DNA of 64,000 nucleotides from the NCBI GenBank assembly GCA_965261345.1, contig OZ253449.1, forward strand, positions 768,001 through 832,000, given 5' to 3'. Source of the stretch: Chloroflexota bacterium. Lineage in GTDB: Bacteria > Chloroflexota > UBA11872 > VXNJ01. Position numbers and translations under genes: made by a program. A model generated the notes under the pieces. It ran no database searches. It worked only from the letters and a program-made list of their open reading frames with translations, and was not told the origin of the DNA. Shown one piece after another: positions 31,793 through 42,036 of the stretch; the stretch's first letter is position 1; the number at the start of each line of letters is the position of its first letter.

Positions 31793-33460
31793 CTATCCCA
31801 CTGCCCCCACGGGTGGTGGTGGCAGAGTTTCCGTCAGATCGGGCGTGGGAGCGGGCTCTGCGGTCATATCGGCATCGGCCGCCCGCCCGGAGACGAAGGC
31901 GTCCACGCCGTCATCGGTCCATTGTCTGGTGTCGACCGGCATGCCAAATATCCGCAGTTCCCAGTGCAGGTGTGGCCCGGTTGAACGACCGGTCGACCCG
32001 GCCGTTGCGATTGCCGCGCCAATCGATACCCGTTCGCCCGGTGCGGCCAAAAATTCTTCCAGATGCGAGTAAATCGAATAGACGCCGAGTCCGTGATCTA
32101 GCACCAGCGTATTGCCATGGATATCCAGCAAAAGATTTGCGGCCACGACCCCCGAGGCCGCCGCCGAAACCGGGTCACCGAAGTCGGCTAGCAGATCGGT
32201 TCCAAAATGCAACAGCGGAGTCTCCCGCTCGTTAGAGCGGCGAACATCCCCGTAAAACCCGGTGGCCGATGCGTCACGCGGGCTCTGGAACTGGGCTTCC
32301 CAGTACCGTTGCAGGGCGATAGGCGATGTAGCTTCCACCAGGAATTCTTCCTCGGCAAGCTCAAGCGACTCGTCGAAGAGGTAGGCGATGTCATCCGGAA
32401 ATCCGTAAATCGGGTACTCGACGACTTCCAATTCCAGCACTTCGATCGAAACCGAACCGCGCACTGCCGGTCCCAGTCCGATCGCTTCCAGCGGGACGTT
32501 TATGACACCGGGGGCGAGATCGTGGGCCAGCGGCAGCAGAAGCTGCTGATCAGGCCCACCGCAAAACGACTTGGCGTCGGAGCCGACCGGACTTACCTGC
32601 GATCCGGTGCCGGCGATCGAAATTACGGCCACCGACCCGGCGCGGGTAGGGGTGGCGCTGGCATCGATATGCTCGCCGGCGCGGGTTGCCGCGGAGGAAA
32701 GCCGGGTCGCCGATTCGGGAATCAACCCAAATTCTTTGGCGATATCGCCGGTGTTGGCCAATATCGCCTCGCCCACCGGTCCGCCGATACCGGGGACATC
32801 CCATACCTGGATGATTTGCCGCTGGGTGCGCAGGACTTTAACCGGACCGAAATCCTCATAACTGACCGGCAATCCGTACAGATCCAGCCAGCGCGGCGAC
32901 CCCAAGAAGAAATCCCGGATGGTTTCGTCGACCGCCAGCAGTTGCAAGTGGTTCTGCATGATGTGGGCAAAATCGCCCGGCTGCGCCGGATCTAGGCCGG
33001 CATCAGCGGCGAGCTCGAAATAGCGGGGGATCTGGCGGGTTGCACGCAGCTCACCGTCGCGACCCAACTCGGAGAGCAGATCAACCGTGTTCACGTAGCT
33101 GATAGTCCCGGATCCCGGGGCGGTTTGCAGGATCGCCTTTTGGAATGCCTGGTACCAAAATCCGGCCTGCAAATAGCGATTCGAAACCGGGTAACCCAGA
33201 ACCGTATTTCCGCCCGCTTCCCGGAACGCGGTCAGAAAGCTGGCCTCAGAGTCATTTACCAAGTAGTAGCCGAGGCCCGAATCGGAGCCTGTTTGCGAGA
33301 AAAAATAGCCATCGTCAAATGCGTAGCTGGGCTCGGGCAGGCAGCTGGTCGAGAGCGCTGCTGCTGGTGATGGGACGACCAGTGGGATTAGCAACAAAGC
33401 CAGCGCCAGGGCCACCAATCTCCCGCGGCGAGCGAGCCCTCGAAAACGTGCGGCCGACAC
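31793..33460 (-). CDS. Secreted M23 family metallopeptidase
   Basis: Signal peptide, GYPVS/GLPVS repeats, HFGTD and STGPHLHW. Confidence 0.85.
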   Translation of the reverse strand: MSAARFRGLARRGRLVALALALLLIPLVVPSPAAALSTSCLPEPSYAFDDGYFFSQTGSDSGLGYYLVNDSEASFLTAFREAGGNTVLGYPVSNRYLQAGFWYQAFQKAILQTAPGSGTISYVNTVDLLSELGRDGELRATRQIPRYFELAADAGLDPAQPGDFAHIMQNHLQLLAVDETIRDFFLGSPRWLDLYGLPVSYEDFGPVKVLRTQRQIIQVWDVPGIGGPVGEAILANTGDIAKEFGLIPESATRLSSAATRAGEHIDASATPTRAGSVAVISIAGTGSQVSPVGSDAKSFCGGPDQQLLLPLAHDLAPGVINVPLEAIGLGPAVRGSVSIEVLELEVVEYPIYGFPDDIAYLFDESLELAEEEFLVEATSPIALQRYWEAQFQSPRDASATGFYGDVRRSNERETPLLHFGTDLLADFGDPVSAAASGVVAANLLLDIHGNTLVLDHGLGVYSIYSHLEEFLAAPGERVSIGAAIATAGSTGRSTGPHLHWELRIFGMPVDTRQWTDDGVDAFVSGRAADADMTAEPAPTPDLTETLPPPPVGAVG

Positions 33461-33467
33461 TTCCGCC

Positions 33468-34550
33468 CTACCCCTCGGCCCTATAGCCGACCACTACGGC
33501 GATGGTTGTGCCGGAGCGGACCGTATGCCCCGGTTGGGGCGATTGGACGCGTACTTCCACCGCCCGATCCGGTCGCGGCGGCGGATTGATGACGCGCCCG
33601 ATCACTAAGCCCGAGCGGGCTGCCAGGGCCCGCGCGGTGACCAATTCGAGGCCGAGTAGATCAGGGACGATGACCTGGGGAGGTTGGTTGATAAAAAGGG
33701 CGATCGGTTGGTCCGGCGCCAGCACCGTGCCCGCCACTGGCGCCTGAGAGACGACCGTACCAACCGCCATCGATGGGAGATATTCATCGCTTTCCGATCG
33801 GCTGGCGGAGAAGCCCGCGGCGGCGGCGCGGCGCTCAGCCACCGCGACCGGCAGACCGGCCAAATCCGGGACTGTCAGCAAGCGAATCCCGGCATTGTAG
33901 GTGAGGGTTATTTCGGAGCCCGCCGCAATCGGGGTTCCCGGATCGGGAAACTGGGCCGATACAACCCCGACCGGGAGATTCGACTGGTGCGTGGCAACCG
34001 TCTCCACCGCGAAACCTTGCCCTGTCAGCTGCGCCTGCGCCAATTCCACGCTCTGGCCCACGAATGATCCGATTCCGGTCTGCACTCCGCTTTCGGCCAC
34101 CTGGATCGCGATCCCCTGACCGGGCGAAAGCAATATCCCAGCGACCGGATTCTGGTCTATGACAAGCCCTGGTTCGGAATTCTCATCGACAACCTCCGCA
34201 ACGACGAGTTGGAGGCCGCGCCCCGCCGCCGTCGCGCGCGCTTCGGGCAGGAGGCGCCCCACCAGCAACGGCGCCGCTATCTGATCGTCGCTCGGTGAAT
34301 CGGTCAGCGGCCTAAACGCGTAGGACAGCTCATCGGATAGCTTGGCCAGCGGGCGGGAAACGTCTATATCGAAGCTGAGAATGAGTGCGAAAGCCGCTAC
34401 TGCGGCCGCCAGCGAGAGCGAATACATCCAGCCGTTGATGCGGTAGTTGGGTGCTTCGCGGCGGGGGCGCCCCGGCAGGCCAATGCGCTTTGAGGACATG
34501 AGCGAGAGGGCTCGCTGACGCTTTGCGCGGTGCCCGAAAGGACTCAACAT
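33468..34550 (-). CDS. Membrane-anchored protein with four PASTA repeats
   Basis: TM helix followed by VPDL.G...Q.P..G repeats; no kinase domain. Confidence 0.85.
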   Translation of the reverse strand: MLSPFGHRAKRQRALSLMSSKRIGLPGRPRREAPNYRINGWMYSLSLAAAVAAFALILSFDIDVSRPLAKLSDELSYAFRPLTDSPSDDQIAAPLLVGRLLPEARATAAGRGLQLVVAEVVDENSEPGLVIDQNPVAGILLSPGQGIAIQVAESGVQTGIGSFVGQSVELAQAQLTGQGFAVETVATHQSNLPVGVVSAQFPDPGTPIAAGSEITLTYNAGIRLLTVPDLAGLPVAVAERRAAAAGFSASRSESDEYLPSMAVGTVVSQAPVAGTVLAPDQPIALFINQPPQVIVPDLLGLELVTARALAARSGLVIGRVINPPPRPDRAVEVRVQSPQPGHTVRSGTTIAVVVGYRAEG

Positions 34551-34788
34551 TCAATTTCGCCGGCGCCAAGTTTCGACCGTGAACAACCGCCTCGCCCCGG
34601 CCGATCAAGCCGCCTTCGGCTCATTGAAAATTCGCGAGCCCCTTGGTGATTGACTGGGTTGACCAGATCGATGTCGTCCATCGGGGATTGCCAATTGTTA
34701 TGGTCCAAAAATCGGGAATCGGCCAACTTGTGCGATCCTTGGGCAATTTATTTTTGGCGGGGAGCGCGCGCCGATTGCACTTGTTTGG

Positions 34789-35787
34789 CTATCGCGATGA
34801 TTTTCGCCCGCGCGACTCGCGTTCTAGCATTCGCAGCGCTCGGCCAGCGGCGGTCTGCTCGGCCCCGCGCATAGTCTTGCCCGTCGAGTGCGCCAGATCG
34901 CGGCCGTCCAGGCTCACCGCGACCGCAAAGGTGGGAGCATGGGCAGGACCGCGGGTATCGATCATCTCATAGCGCGGCTGCAGACGATATTTCGATTGGG
35001 TCAATTGCTGCAAGCGCGATTTGTTGTCGGGAGGGGATTGCCGATCACGATCGCTGTCGGCGTAATTTTGACCGTTTGAGGAGGGTTCGGGGTTGGATTG
35101 GCGCCCGCGGATGTGGTGATTGTCCAGCAACAATTTCTTAAAGAACGGATCGAGAAATCGTTTGACCTGGTCTAGACCGTAATCGGAATCCAGGTAAACT
35201 GCGCCGACGATGGCTTCGAAACTGCGCCCCGCCACGCCTTTTTGATTGCGCTTCTTAGACAGGTCCAGACCCGACCCAACAATTACGTAGCGGTACAGGC
35301 CGATGCTGTCGGCCATCGCCGCCAGGGCGGTAAGGCTGACTAAGTCCTTGCGGACGTTGGTCATCTCGCCCTCGTCCATTTGCGGAAATCGCAAGTACAA
35401 CTCTTCGGTGGCAGCCAAATTAAGGGCCGAATCTCCCAGGAATTCCATCCGTTCATAGGAATCCAGACTGCTCAGGTGTCGATCTTCGTTGATGGCCGAA
35501 CGGTGAGTTAGGGCCTGCTGCAACAGCGCGATGGCTTGGAACCGGTATCCGAGGCTCCGCTCCAGGCTATCGAGGTTCCGCCCAGACTCCGATTGGGCGG
35601 CCGGAGGCCGCGTCGGCCGACGCGCCGCCACCCGTTGCGGAGATTCCTTGCGGCGTCCACGCCGAATGGGTGAATCTCCGTTTAGGCGTCGCATAGCAAT
35701 TCGTTGGGGCCGGCGCCCGCGCCGGTCACGGGTGGTTGAGGAATCGGGCGGGGCGGTTGCTGCCGGCTGGGTTGGCGGCTTCGTCAA
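34789..35787 (-). CDS. rnc: Ribonuclease III
   Basis: ALTHRS, ERMEFLGDS, FEAIVGAVYLD, dsRBD GPAH. Confidence 0.95.
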   Translation of the reverse strand: MTKPPTQPAATAPPDSSTTRDRRGRRPQRIAMRRLNGDSPIRRGRRKESPQRVAARRPTRPPAAQSESGRNLDSLERSLGYRFQAIALLQQALTHRSAINEDRHLSSLDSYERMEFLGDSALNLAATEELYLRFPQMDEGEMTNVRKDLVSLTALAAMADSIGLYRYVIVGSGLDLSKKRNQKGVAGRSFEAIVGAVYLDSDYGLDQVKRFLDPFFKKLLLDNHHIRGRQSNPEPSSNGQNYADSDRDRQSPPDNKSRLQQLTQSKYRLQPRYEMIDTRGPAHAPTFAVAVSLDGRDLAHSTGKTMRGAEQTAAGRALRMLERESRGRKSSR

Positions 35788-35810
35788 TCCGAGCGCGCGA
35801 ATTATGTTTT

Positions 35811-36770
35811 TCAGGGTTTTACTTCGACCTTTGTCGGGATCACCGGCGAGAGCCAGTGACGGTATCTAGGAGTATGGCCCTTAACAACGTCAAAGTAGAT
35901 CTGTTGCATGGCCTTGGTAAATTCGCCGACTCCGCCGTTGCCAATTACCCGCCGGTCCAGGTGGGAAACAGCAGAGATTTGGGCACCGGTTCCGCAGAGG
36001 AAAAGTTCGTCGCAGGAATACAACTCGGTGCGATCAACCGATCGTTCAATCGTTTCCAGTCCGAACTCAGAATGGGCCAGCTCGATGACCGTCGCCCTGG
36101 TAATGCCTTCAAGGATGTTGTCGGTAACCGGTGGCGTAATCAGGGAGCCGTCGCGCAGCATGAACAGATTTTCGCCGGTGCCCTCACTCACATGACCGTC
36201 GGCGGTGAGCATGATGGCCTCGTCGTAGTTATCGAGCTCGGCTTCGGTCTTGGCCAGCGACGAATTCACATAGAGCCCGGTCGCTTTGGAGCGGGCCGGG
36301 ATCATGTTGTCGTCGATGCGGACCCATGGCGAGACGCAACAGCGAATCGGAGCGTTCACATCAAGATAGTCGCCAAACGGGGCAGCATAAAGGCAGAAAT
36401 CGTCTTCAAGGTTGACCGACTGCCCATCGGCATCCCGGCGGACCATGCTCAGGCCAATCGTGGTTGAGGCTTTGTAGACGAGCGGGCGTACATAGACATC
36501 GGTCCGGAATCCGCAGCGTCGGACCAATTCCAGGGTTAATTCGCACAGTTCCTCGACCGAGTAGTCAAGCGTGAGCAAGAGCATTCGAGCCGAACGGTGC
36601 AGGCGCTGGAAGTGCTCGGCCAACCGGAACAGGTAAATCTGCTCCTCGTCCTCGCGCCAGTACCCGCGTATGCCCTCAAAACAGCCGGTACCGTAATTGA
36701 ACGCGTGCGTTGCAATGCTTACCCGCGCGTCTTCAATAGGTACGAACTGGCCCTGGAAAAATGCCCACAT
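35811..36770 (-). CDS. ilvE: Branched-chain amino-acid aminotransferase
   Basis: YGTGCFEGIR, KATGLY, EGTGENLF, LEGITR, GTGAQI. Confidence 0.95.
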   Translation of the reverse strand: MWAFFQGQFVPIEDARVSIATHAFNYGTGCFEGIRGYWREDEEQIYLFRLAEHFQRLHRSARMLLLTLDYSVEELCELTLELVRRCGFRTDVYVRPLVYKASTTIGLSMVRRDADGQSVNLEDDFCLYAAPFGDYLDVNAPIRCCVSPWVRIDDNMIPARSKATGLYVNSSLAKTEAELDNYDEAIMLTADGHVSEGTGENLFMLRDGSLITPPVTDNILEGITRATVIELAHSEFGLETIERSVDRTELYSCDELFLCGTGAQISAVSHLDRRVIGNGGVGEFTKAMQQIYFDVVKGHTPRYRHWLSPVIPTKVEVKP

Positions 36771-36853
36771 ATTTGCCAACAATTTAAAGATTGCCCGAAC
36801 CACTGGCCAAGGCCGCCCGATTCCGGTGGCAATCATTAGCGGCGATATTACGT

Positions 36854-37414
36854 TCAGACAGAAAATTCTATATCTGAATCGCCTAACAATTTTTCGGCCT
36901 CACAGCCGGTATGGGTGGGGCGCGTCAGCAGTATCAGGTCACCACGCAGGTCGCTAAGCTGCCCACAGGTGGCAAAGCCCCATTTCCGATAGAGCTTTAG
37001 AGCATAGCGGTTGGGTTTGTCCACCGCGATGATCAACTCATTTCGCCCCCGCCGGCGGGCCAGGGCAGAGGCGGCAACCACCAACGCCAGGCCCACCCCC
37101 TGGCGCCGCTCGGCGGGGGCGACAAACAGCGTGTGCAAGTAACACTGCGTCCTATCGTTGGAAATCTTGGGATCGCACCCTCTAAACCGTACCCAGACTT
37201 GGCCAATCGCTTGTTCGCGGCCGGTGCAGATCGCCAATTCCTGGACACCGCTCGCAATTTCGGAGAAATAGCGCTTGAGCAGGTAATCGATATCGATCTG
37301 AGCGGTAAGCGCCCATAGATCCGTTAGCCGGTCCGAATCGGCCACACTTCCGCGCCGCACCTTGAGTGCAACGTCGCCGTTCCCGCTTACGGTCAGCTGC
37401 CCGGCGGCCGCCAC
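36854..37414 (-). CDS. GNAT family N-acetyltransferase (start uncertain)
   Basis: LFVAPAERRQGVG and N..ALKLYRKWGF. Confidence 0.8.
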   Translation of the reverse strand: MAAAGQLTVSGNGDVALKVRRGSVADSDRLTDLWALTAQIDIDYLLKRYFSEIASGVQELAICTGREQAIGQVWVRFRGCDPKISNDRTQCYLHTLFVAPAERRQGVGLALVVAASALARRRGRNELIIAVDKPNRYALKLYRKWGFATCGQLSDLRGDLILLTRPTHTGCEAEKLLGDSDIEFSV

Positions 37415-38223
37415 GCCGAAAGGCCCTTTGCGCCACTGGCCACGGCGAGTACCCGGGTGAGGGCGACCCTTTCGAGGGGAGTAATCGACTCGTGAGTGAA
37501 GCGATAGTCGGCCTTGCGCACAACCTCGTCGAGCTGCGATCGCAGCTCGGCCCAACGCACGGTTTCGGCCGCCGCCACTAACCCAACCGCAGCCCGATCA
37601 GGGGCCGCCGCTATCACCAGCCGCGCGTGCGGAAGGCACAGTCCGTCGCCGTCGCGGTAACGCTCCACCAGCATCGCGTCTTCGGCATGATCGGCCAATG
37701 CCGCGGCATAGCGTAATTCGCCGTTCCATTGCTCGGCACACGCCGGGCAGGGTTCGGGTTCGGCAAAGACGGATGCCCGGTTCAGGCGTCCACTCCAGCG
37801 TCGCAACCAGCGGAATAACCAGCGCGGCATCAAGGAATGCCTCACCTGTGGATCGGCCTTGGCGAGCTGCCGCGCGAGATTGGTGATGATGTCACCATAG
37901 GTGATCGCCAAACCCAGCGCATCGCGTTGATCGGGCAGCTGCCAGGCGTGAGTATTGCAGAAACCGTTGGCGGTCCGCATCGTTGCGCGGATGTCAATAT
38001 CGGTAACGTTATCAGAGCAGTAGACAGCGATGTAGCGATCAGTGAGCCGCAGTGCCAGGCGGCAGATCGGGCACCCTTCCAGGAGCATTGCTTCGTAAAG
38101 CTCGGCAAAACTGAGCTCCCGGCTGCTAAACCGCGGATCGGACCAGTCGATTTCGGTTCGTTCGAGATGGCGGCGACCCGAGTAGTCGGAAAAATATCGG
38201 CGCGCTGCGATTTTGCTTTCCAA
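37393..38223 (-). CDS. DUF6062-like protein with a duplicated CxxC...CxxH zinc-binding motif
   Basis: CPIC...FCNTH and CPAC...LCLPH. Confidence 0.75.
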   Translation of the reverse strand: MESKIAARRYFSDYSGRRHLERTEIDWSDPRFSSRELSFAELYEAMLLEGCPICRLALRLTDRYIAVYCSDNVTDIDIRATMRTANGFCNTHAWQLPDQRDALGLAITYGDIITNLARQLAKADPQVRHSLMPRWLFRWLRRWSGRLNRASVFAEPEPCPACAEQWNGELRYAAALADHAEDAMLVERYRDGDGLCLPHARLVIAAAPDRAAVGLVAAAETVRWAELRSQLDEVVRKADYRFTHESITPLERVALTRVLAVASGAKGLSAWRPPGS

Positions 38224-38345
38224 TCAGTCAAAGTTGTAGGGGCGCCAGTAAACGCCCCGGGAAAGTTGCGTAAACTGATTCTCAATTCTCCGGAGTTGGC
38301 TTGCCAACACCAAACCATCAACGCCACTAGATAGCAGTTGCCGAC

Positions 38346-39908
38346 ATGTCCGAAGCGCTGATCGAAAGGATCACCGCTAGCAACCTCACTCCGGAAGCCC
38401 GCGCACTTGCCAAAGAATTGGCAAGGGTGTTGGGTCAAGAGGATGCCGCGCCCGCCGAAATCCACCACGCGTCCGAAATACTGGACCGCCTGTTGGCCCT
38501 ACCCTGGGCCGACCCCGCTCCGCCGCCGCAAGCTGATCCGGAGGTCTTGGCCGAAGCAATCGACACCGGGCAGTATGCCCCGAGTTTTTTTCGTCGGATT
38601 CTTGCCGATTGGTTGCTGACCGCGCACCTTGACCGCCACTCGGCAAATTCGCTCCTCATCGCCGGGCCCGCGGGCAGCGGTCGGCGGACCCTAATTGAGG
38701 GCGCCGCCGCCGCACTGGAGCTGCCGAGTGTGACCATCGATCTGGTGGGCTCGAGGTCTGAGAGCGATCTCTTTGGTCAGGCCGCCGGGCAGGCCCGCGG
38801 TTCGATCGGTTCTTTGGCGCGGGCACTGGCGCAGACGGGAGAGCGGCGCTGCCTTGTAATTCTGGCCAACGTTAATTGGGCAATCGCAAATTGGCCCGAT
38901 CACGGTACCTCGCTGCTCGCGCTGCTAATCGACCGGCAGGCCCGCTCCGAATGGCGCGACAACTACCTGGACGTGGCCTTCGACTTGAGCGCAACCATGT
39001 TTGCGATCACCGCCGATGGCGGCGGGTCGCTGCCGCCCGAGGTTGTCGAGCGGCTTACGGTGATCGACTGCCCCGGGTACACCCGGGGCCGACGTGTCGA
39101 AATAACCAGGAACAAGCTCTGGAATCAGATCAGCGACGAATTCGGCTTGGGCACCACGGTGGAATTGGGCGAAGACGCCGCCGGAGCGCTGGTCAATGAA
39201 TTTGCCCCCGAAGCCGGTTTTTCGGCAACCGCGCTGGCGCTTCGGGAAATCGCCCGCCGGATGGCGGCGGCCCCAGACTCAGACCGTACACCCCACGTCG
39301 ACGCCCAGATCCTTACCCAGATGTTGGGCAAGCCGCGCGCCTATTACCGAGCCGAGACCGCCTACGCGCGGCCCGGAATGTGCCGCAGTCTGCTGCTGGG
39401 GCCGCAGGGCGCCAGCGTCCAGGTAATCGAGGCCGTGCCGGTTCCGGGCGGACGCTATTACCTGTCCCCCGAGGGGACCCCTACACCGGTCAACAAGATT
39501 TTCGATACCGCCTATTACTATGTCCGTTCACGCATGACCGAACTGGACATTTCGGCCCGCCAGCTCTACGAATACGGCTACAAAATCAATCACACGCTTG
39601 AAAATGCCGATCACGACGTGGAATCGCTCTCACTGGCCGTACTGGTGGCCCTGGTCTCTGTGCTCCGCGATCGCCCAGTTGACGCTGAAACGGCAGTGAT
39701 TGGCGAAATGAACCAGAACGGGATGCTAATGGGTGGAATCGGTCTGCCGCACCGCTTGCTGGCGGCCCAGCGGTCCGGGCTGCGCCGGGTGATCCTGCCG
39801 CGCGCCAACGCCTTCGATATCGAGGACCTTCCGCCCGGACTCGAAAACGATATGACGTTGGTGATGGTCGCCGATGCTGACCAAGCGATTCGCGTGGCGT
39901 TGTCATGA
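38346..39908 (+). CDS. Degenerate Lon-like protein (AAA+ and S16 domains, no N-domain)
   Basis: WRDNYLDVAFDLS, PGYT, IGEM, LLAAQRSGLRRVILP follow LonA; Walker and catalytic residues substituted. Confidence 0.85.
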   Translation: MSEALIERITASNLTPEARALAKELARVLGQEDAAPAEIHHASEILDRLLALPWADPAPPPQADPEVLAEAIDTGQYAPSFFRRILADWLLTAHLDRHSANSLLIAGPAGSGRRTLIEGAAAALELPSVTIDLVGSRSESDLFGQAAGQARGSIGSLARALAQTGERRCLVILANVNWAIANWPDHGTSLLALLIDRQARSEWRDNYLDVAFDLSATMFAITADGGGSLPPEVVERLTVIDCPGYTRGRRVEITRNKLWNQISDEFGLGTTVELGEDAAGALVNEFAPEAGFSATALALREIARRMAAAPDSDRTPHVDAQILTQMLGKPRAYYRAETAYARPGMCRSLLLGPQGASVQVIEAVPVPGGRYYLSPEGTPTPVNKIFDTAYYYVRSRMTELDISARQLYEYGYKINHTLENADHDVESLSLAVLVALVSVLRDRPVDAETAVIGEMNQNGMLMGGIGLPHRLLAAQRSGLRRVILPRANAFDIEDLPPGLENDMTLVMVADADQAIRVALS

Positions 39909-39938
39909 CCGTCACAATGCCGCGGGGTTAGACGAGGG

Positions 39939-41003
39939 ATGTTCGGCGTTGGCGTAACCGAATTCCTGTTCATCCTGGCAATCGCCATGATCATCCTCGG
40001 GCCCGACCGGTTGCCCGAGGCGATGGGGCGAGTGGGCAGAATGGTGCGCAAGTTGCGTGGCTGGGCCAGCGAATTTCGGGCCGAATTCGACGAAGAGATC
40101 CAAATGCTGCGCAGTGAAGTTGCGGTTCTCCAGCGCGAGGCTGAGCTGACGCGTCAGGAACTGGTTGAGATCCACGCCGAAGTTGCGGCCACGGTCGGCG
40201 AGGCTCAGGACGACCTGGACGCGGCGGCGGCCGACATTGCCGAGCAGGTGGGATCGGCAACCACGACCGCCGGTGGCCAACTTGAGGCTGCCGCGCAAAC
40301 CCTGACCAACCCCGCCCGGGTGGCGATGCCGACTCGTGCCACACCGCCCCAGGCCCCGTCGCCGAACATTGCAGCGAGCAGCTCCGAAGCTTCGGCCGGG
40401 GACGCGATGGCCGGGGCGATCGCCGAGGCGTTCGCCCCGGCCAATGGCGGCGGCGAACCGGCCGATGCCAGCGTCCCCGACGCACCGCGCTGGCAGGCCC
40501 AACCATCGCCCGGCGAACAGCTGGCAGGGGCAAGCAGGATGGTATCTCGTTTTTCCCCCGAAAGCGGCCAATATGCAACGATGCTGCGGACAGTTGCCGG
40601 GGCCGGGGCCGATTCACTGGCGGCGGGGCGGGCGGCGCTGCGGGCGCTGGGTCAATCCGATGCCGCCGAGTTGACTGCATATATCGACAAGGGGCCGATG
40701 GCCGCCGCCCTGCTGTGGGCCGGCAGCATGCAGGCTCATCTGGATGCCGGCGCAATTTCCATCGAGCGCCCGGTTGAAGCTTCGGACGCGGCGGTCCACA
40801 TTCGCCTGACCGCCGACCCATTCGGCTTAATACGTCCGATCGACGCGCCGGCGGCCCGCCTGGCAACCCACTACGAACAGGCGTTCTTTGCCGGACTGGG
40901 GGTGACTATGGAGAGTTGTTCGCTGTTGGCTGAAGGCGCCGAATACACCGAATTTACGTTGACCCGAATCCAGGCCGAAAACGATGCCCCCGAATCCGGC
41001 TGA
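39939..41003 (+). CDS. tatB: TatB with a long C-terminal extension
   Basis: MFGVGVTEFLFILAIAMIILGPDRLPE, amphipathic helix. Confidence 0.85.
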   Translation: MFGVGVTEFLFILAIAMIILGPDRLPEAMGRVGRMVRKLRGWASEFRAEFDEEIQMLRSEVAVLQREAELTRQELVEIHAEVAATVGEAQDDLDAAAADIAEQVGSATTTAGGQLEAAAQTLTNPARVAMPTRATPPQAPSPNIAASSSEASAGDAMAGAIAEAFAPANGGGEPADASVPDAPRWQAQPSPGEQLAGASRMVSRFSPESGQYATMLRTVAGAGADSLAAGRAALRALGQSDAAELTAYIDKGPMAAALLWAGSMQAHLDAGAISIERPVEASDAAVHIRLTADPFGLIRPIDAPAARLATHYEQAFFAGLGVTMESCSLLAEGAEYTEFTLTRIQAENDAPESG

Positions 41004-42036
41004 CGGAAGGACGGACGGCCCGGCGACGGTGCGAATTTTCAGCGCCGATTTAATCCAACTGGCGGCCGGGTTGCTCGGCGCGGCCGGCGTTGGTGCCGAC
41101 GCGGCGGAGTCCACTGCCCGGGCATTGGTTGATTCCGACCTGCGTGGGCACTACAGTCACGGCGTCTTTCTGGTGCTCACCTACCTGGAGGATCTGGCCA
41201 ACGGCGGCATCGAACCGGCCGGAGGGCCAACGCTTGAATACAAGCGCGGTGCGATTGCGCGCATCGACGGCGGCTGCGGGCTCGGGCAGCTGAGCGCCCG
41301 GCTGGGAATGGAAACCGCGATCGGGCTGGCCCAGGAGTGCGGCGTCGGGTGCGTCAGCGTCCATTCAACTGGACATTTCGGAGCCGGCGCCTACTGGGTC
41401 GAGATGGCCGCCGAGGCCGGTCTAATCGGGTTCGCCACGTCAAGCGAGCCGGCCGGCCTGGTAACGATTCCACAGGGCCTTCGGCCGGCGCTGGCAAACC
41501 TGCCGTTGGCCTGGGGATTCCCCGGCGACGACGGGCATCTGATCTTGGACATGGCCACCGGAGCCGCCGCCGACGGCAAGTTGAAACTGGCCCGCCTGGG
41601 CATTGGGAAACTGCAGCCGGGATGGGCGCTCGGCGGGGATGGTGTCCCGGAATTGAACCCCGACCGAGCGACCATGATCCAAACGCTGGCGGGACCCAAG
41701 GGCGTGGCGCTCACACTGGCCGGCGATGCCCTGGCGGCCATCCTGGCGGGAACGCCGGGCACCACCGTACGCGGCTTGCGCGGAGGCTTCCAACCCGGGA
41801 GCACCTGCCAGTTCTTTCAGGCCATCGATGTAGCCGCATTCACGGACCGGGATGAATTTGCGGTCAATTTGGGCCGGCAGTTGTCCGCAATCAGGAAGGT
41901 CCCGACCCGACCCGGCGCCGCTCCGGCGCGGGTGCCGGGTGAACGTGGGCAAGCCATGCGCAAACTCCAGGCCAGCGAGGGCATCTTGCTACCCGAACCG
42001 ATTTGGCGGGCCCTGCGGGCGGCCGCCCGCGAGTGA
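40984..42036 (+). CDS. Ldh_2 family (malate/lactate/ureidoglycolate-type) oxidoreductase
   Basis: DLRGHYSHG, HFG, LDMAT, GPKG, RVPGE. Confidence 0.9.
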   Translation: MPPNPADGRTDGPATVRIFSADLIQLAAGLLGAAGVGADAAESTARALVDSDLRGHYSHGVFLVLTYLEDLANGGIEPAGGPTLEYKRGAIARIDGGCGLGQLSARLGMETAIGLAQECGVGCVSVHSTGHFGAGAYWVEMAAEAGLIGFATSSEPAGLVTIPQGLRPALANLPLAWGFPGDDGHLILDMATGAAADGKLKLARLGIGKLQPGWALGGDGVPELNPDRATMIQTLAGPKGVALTLAGDALAAILAGTPGTTVRGLRGGFQPGSTCQFFQAIDVAAFTDRDEFAVNLGRQLSAIRKVPTRPGAAPARVPGERGQAMRKLQASEGILLPEPIWRALRAAARE

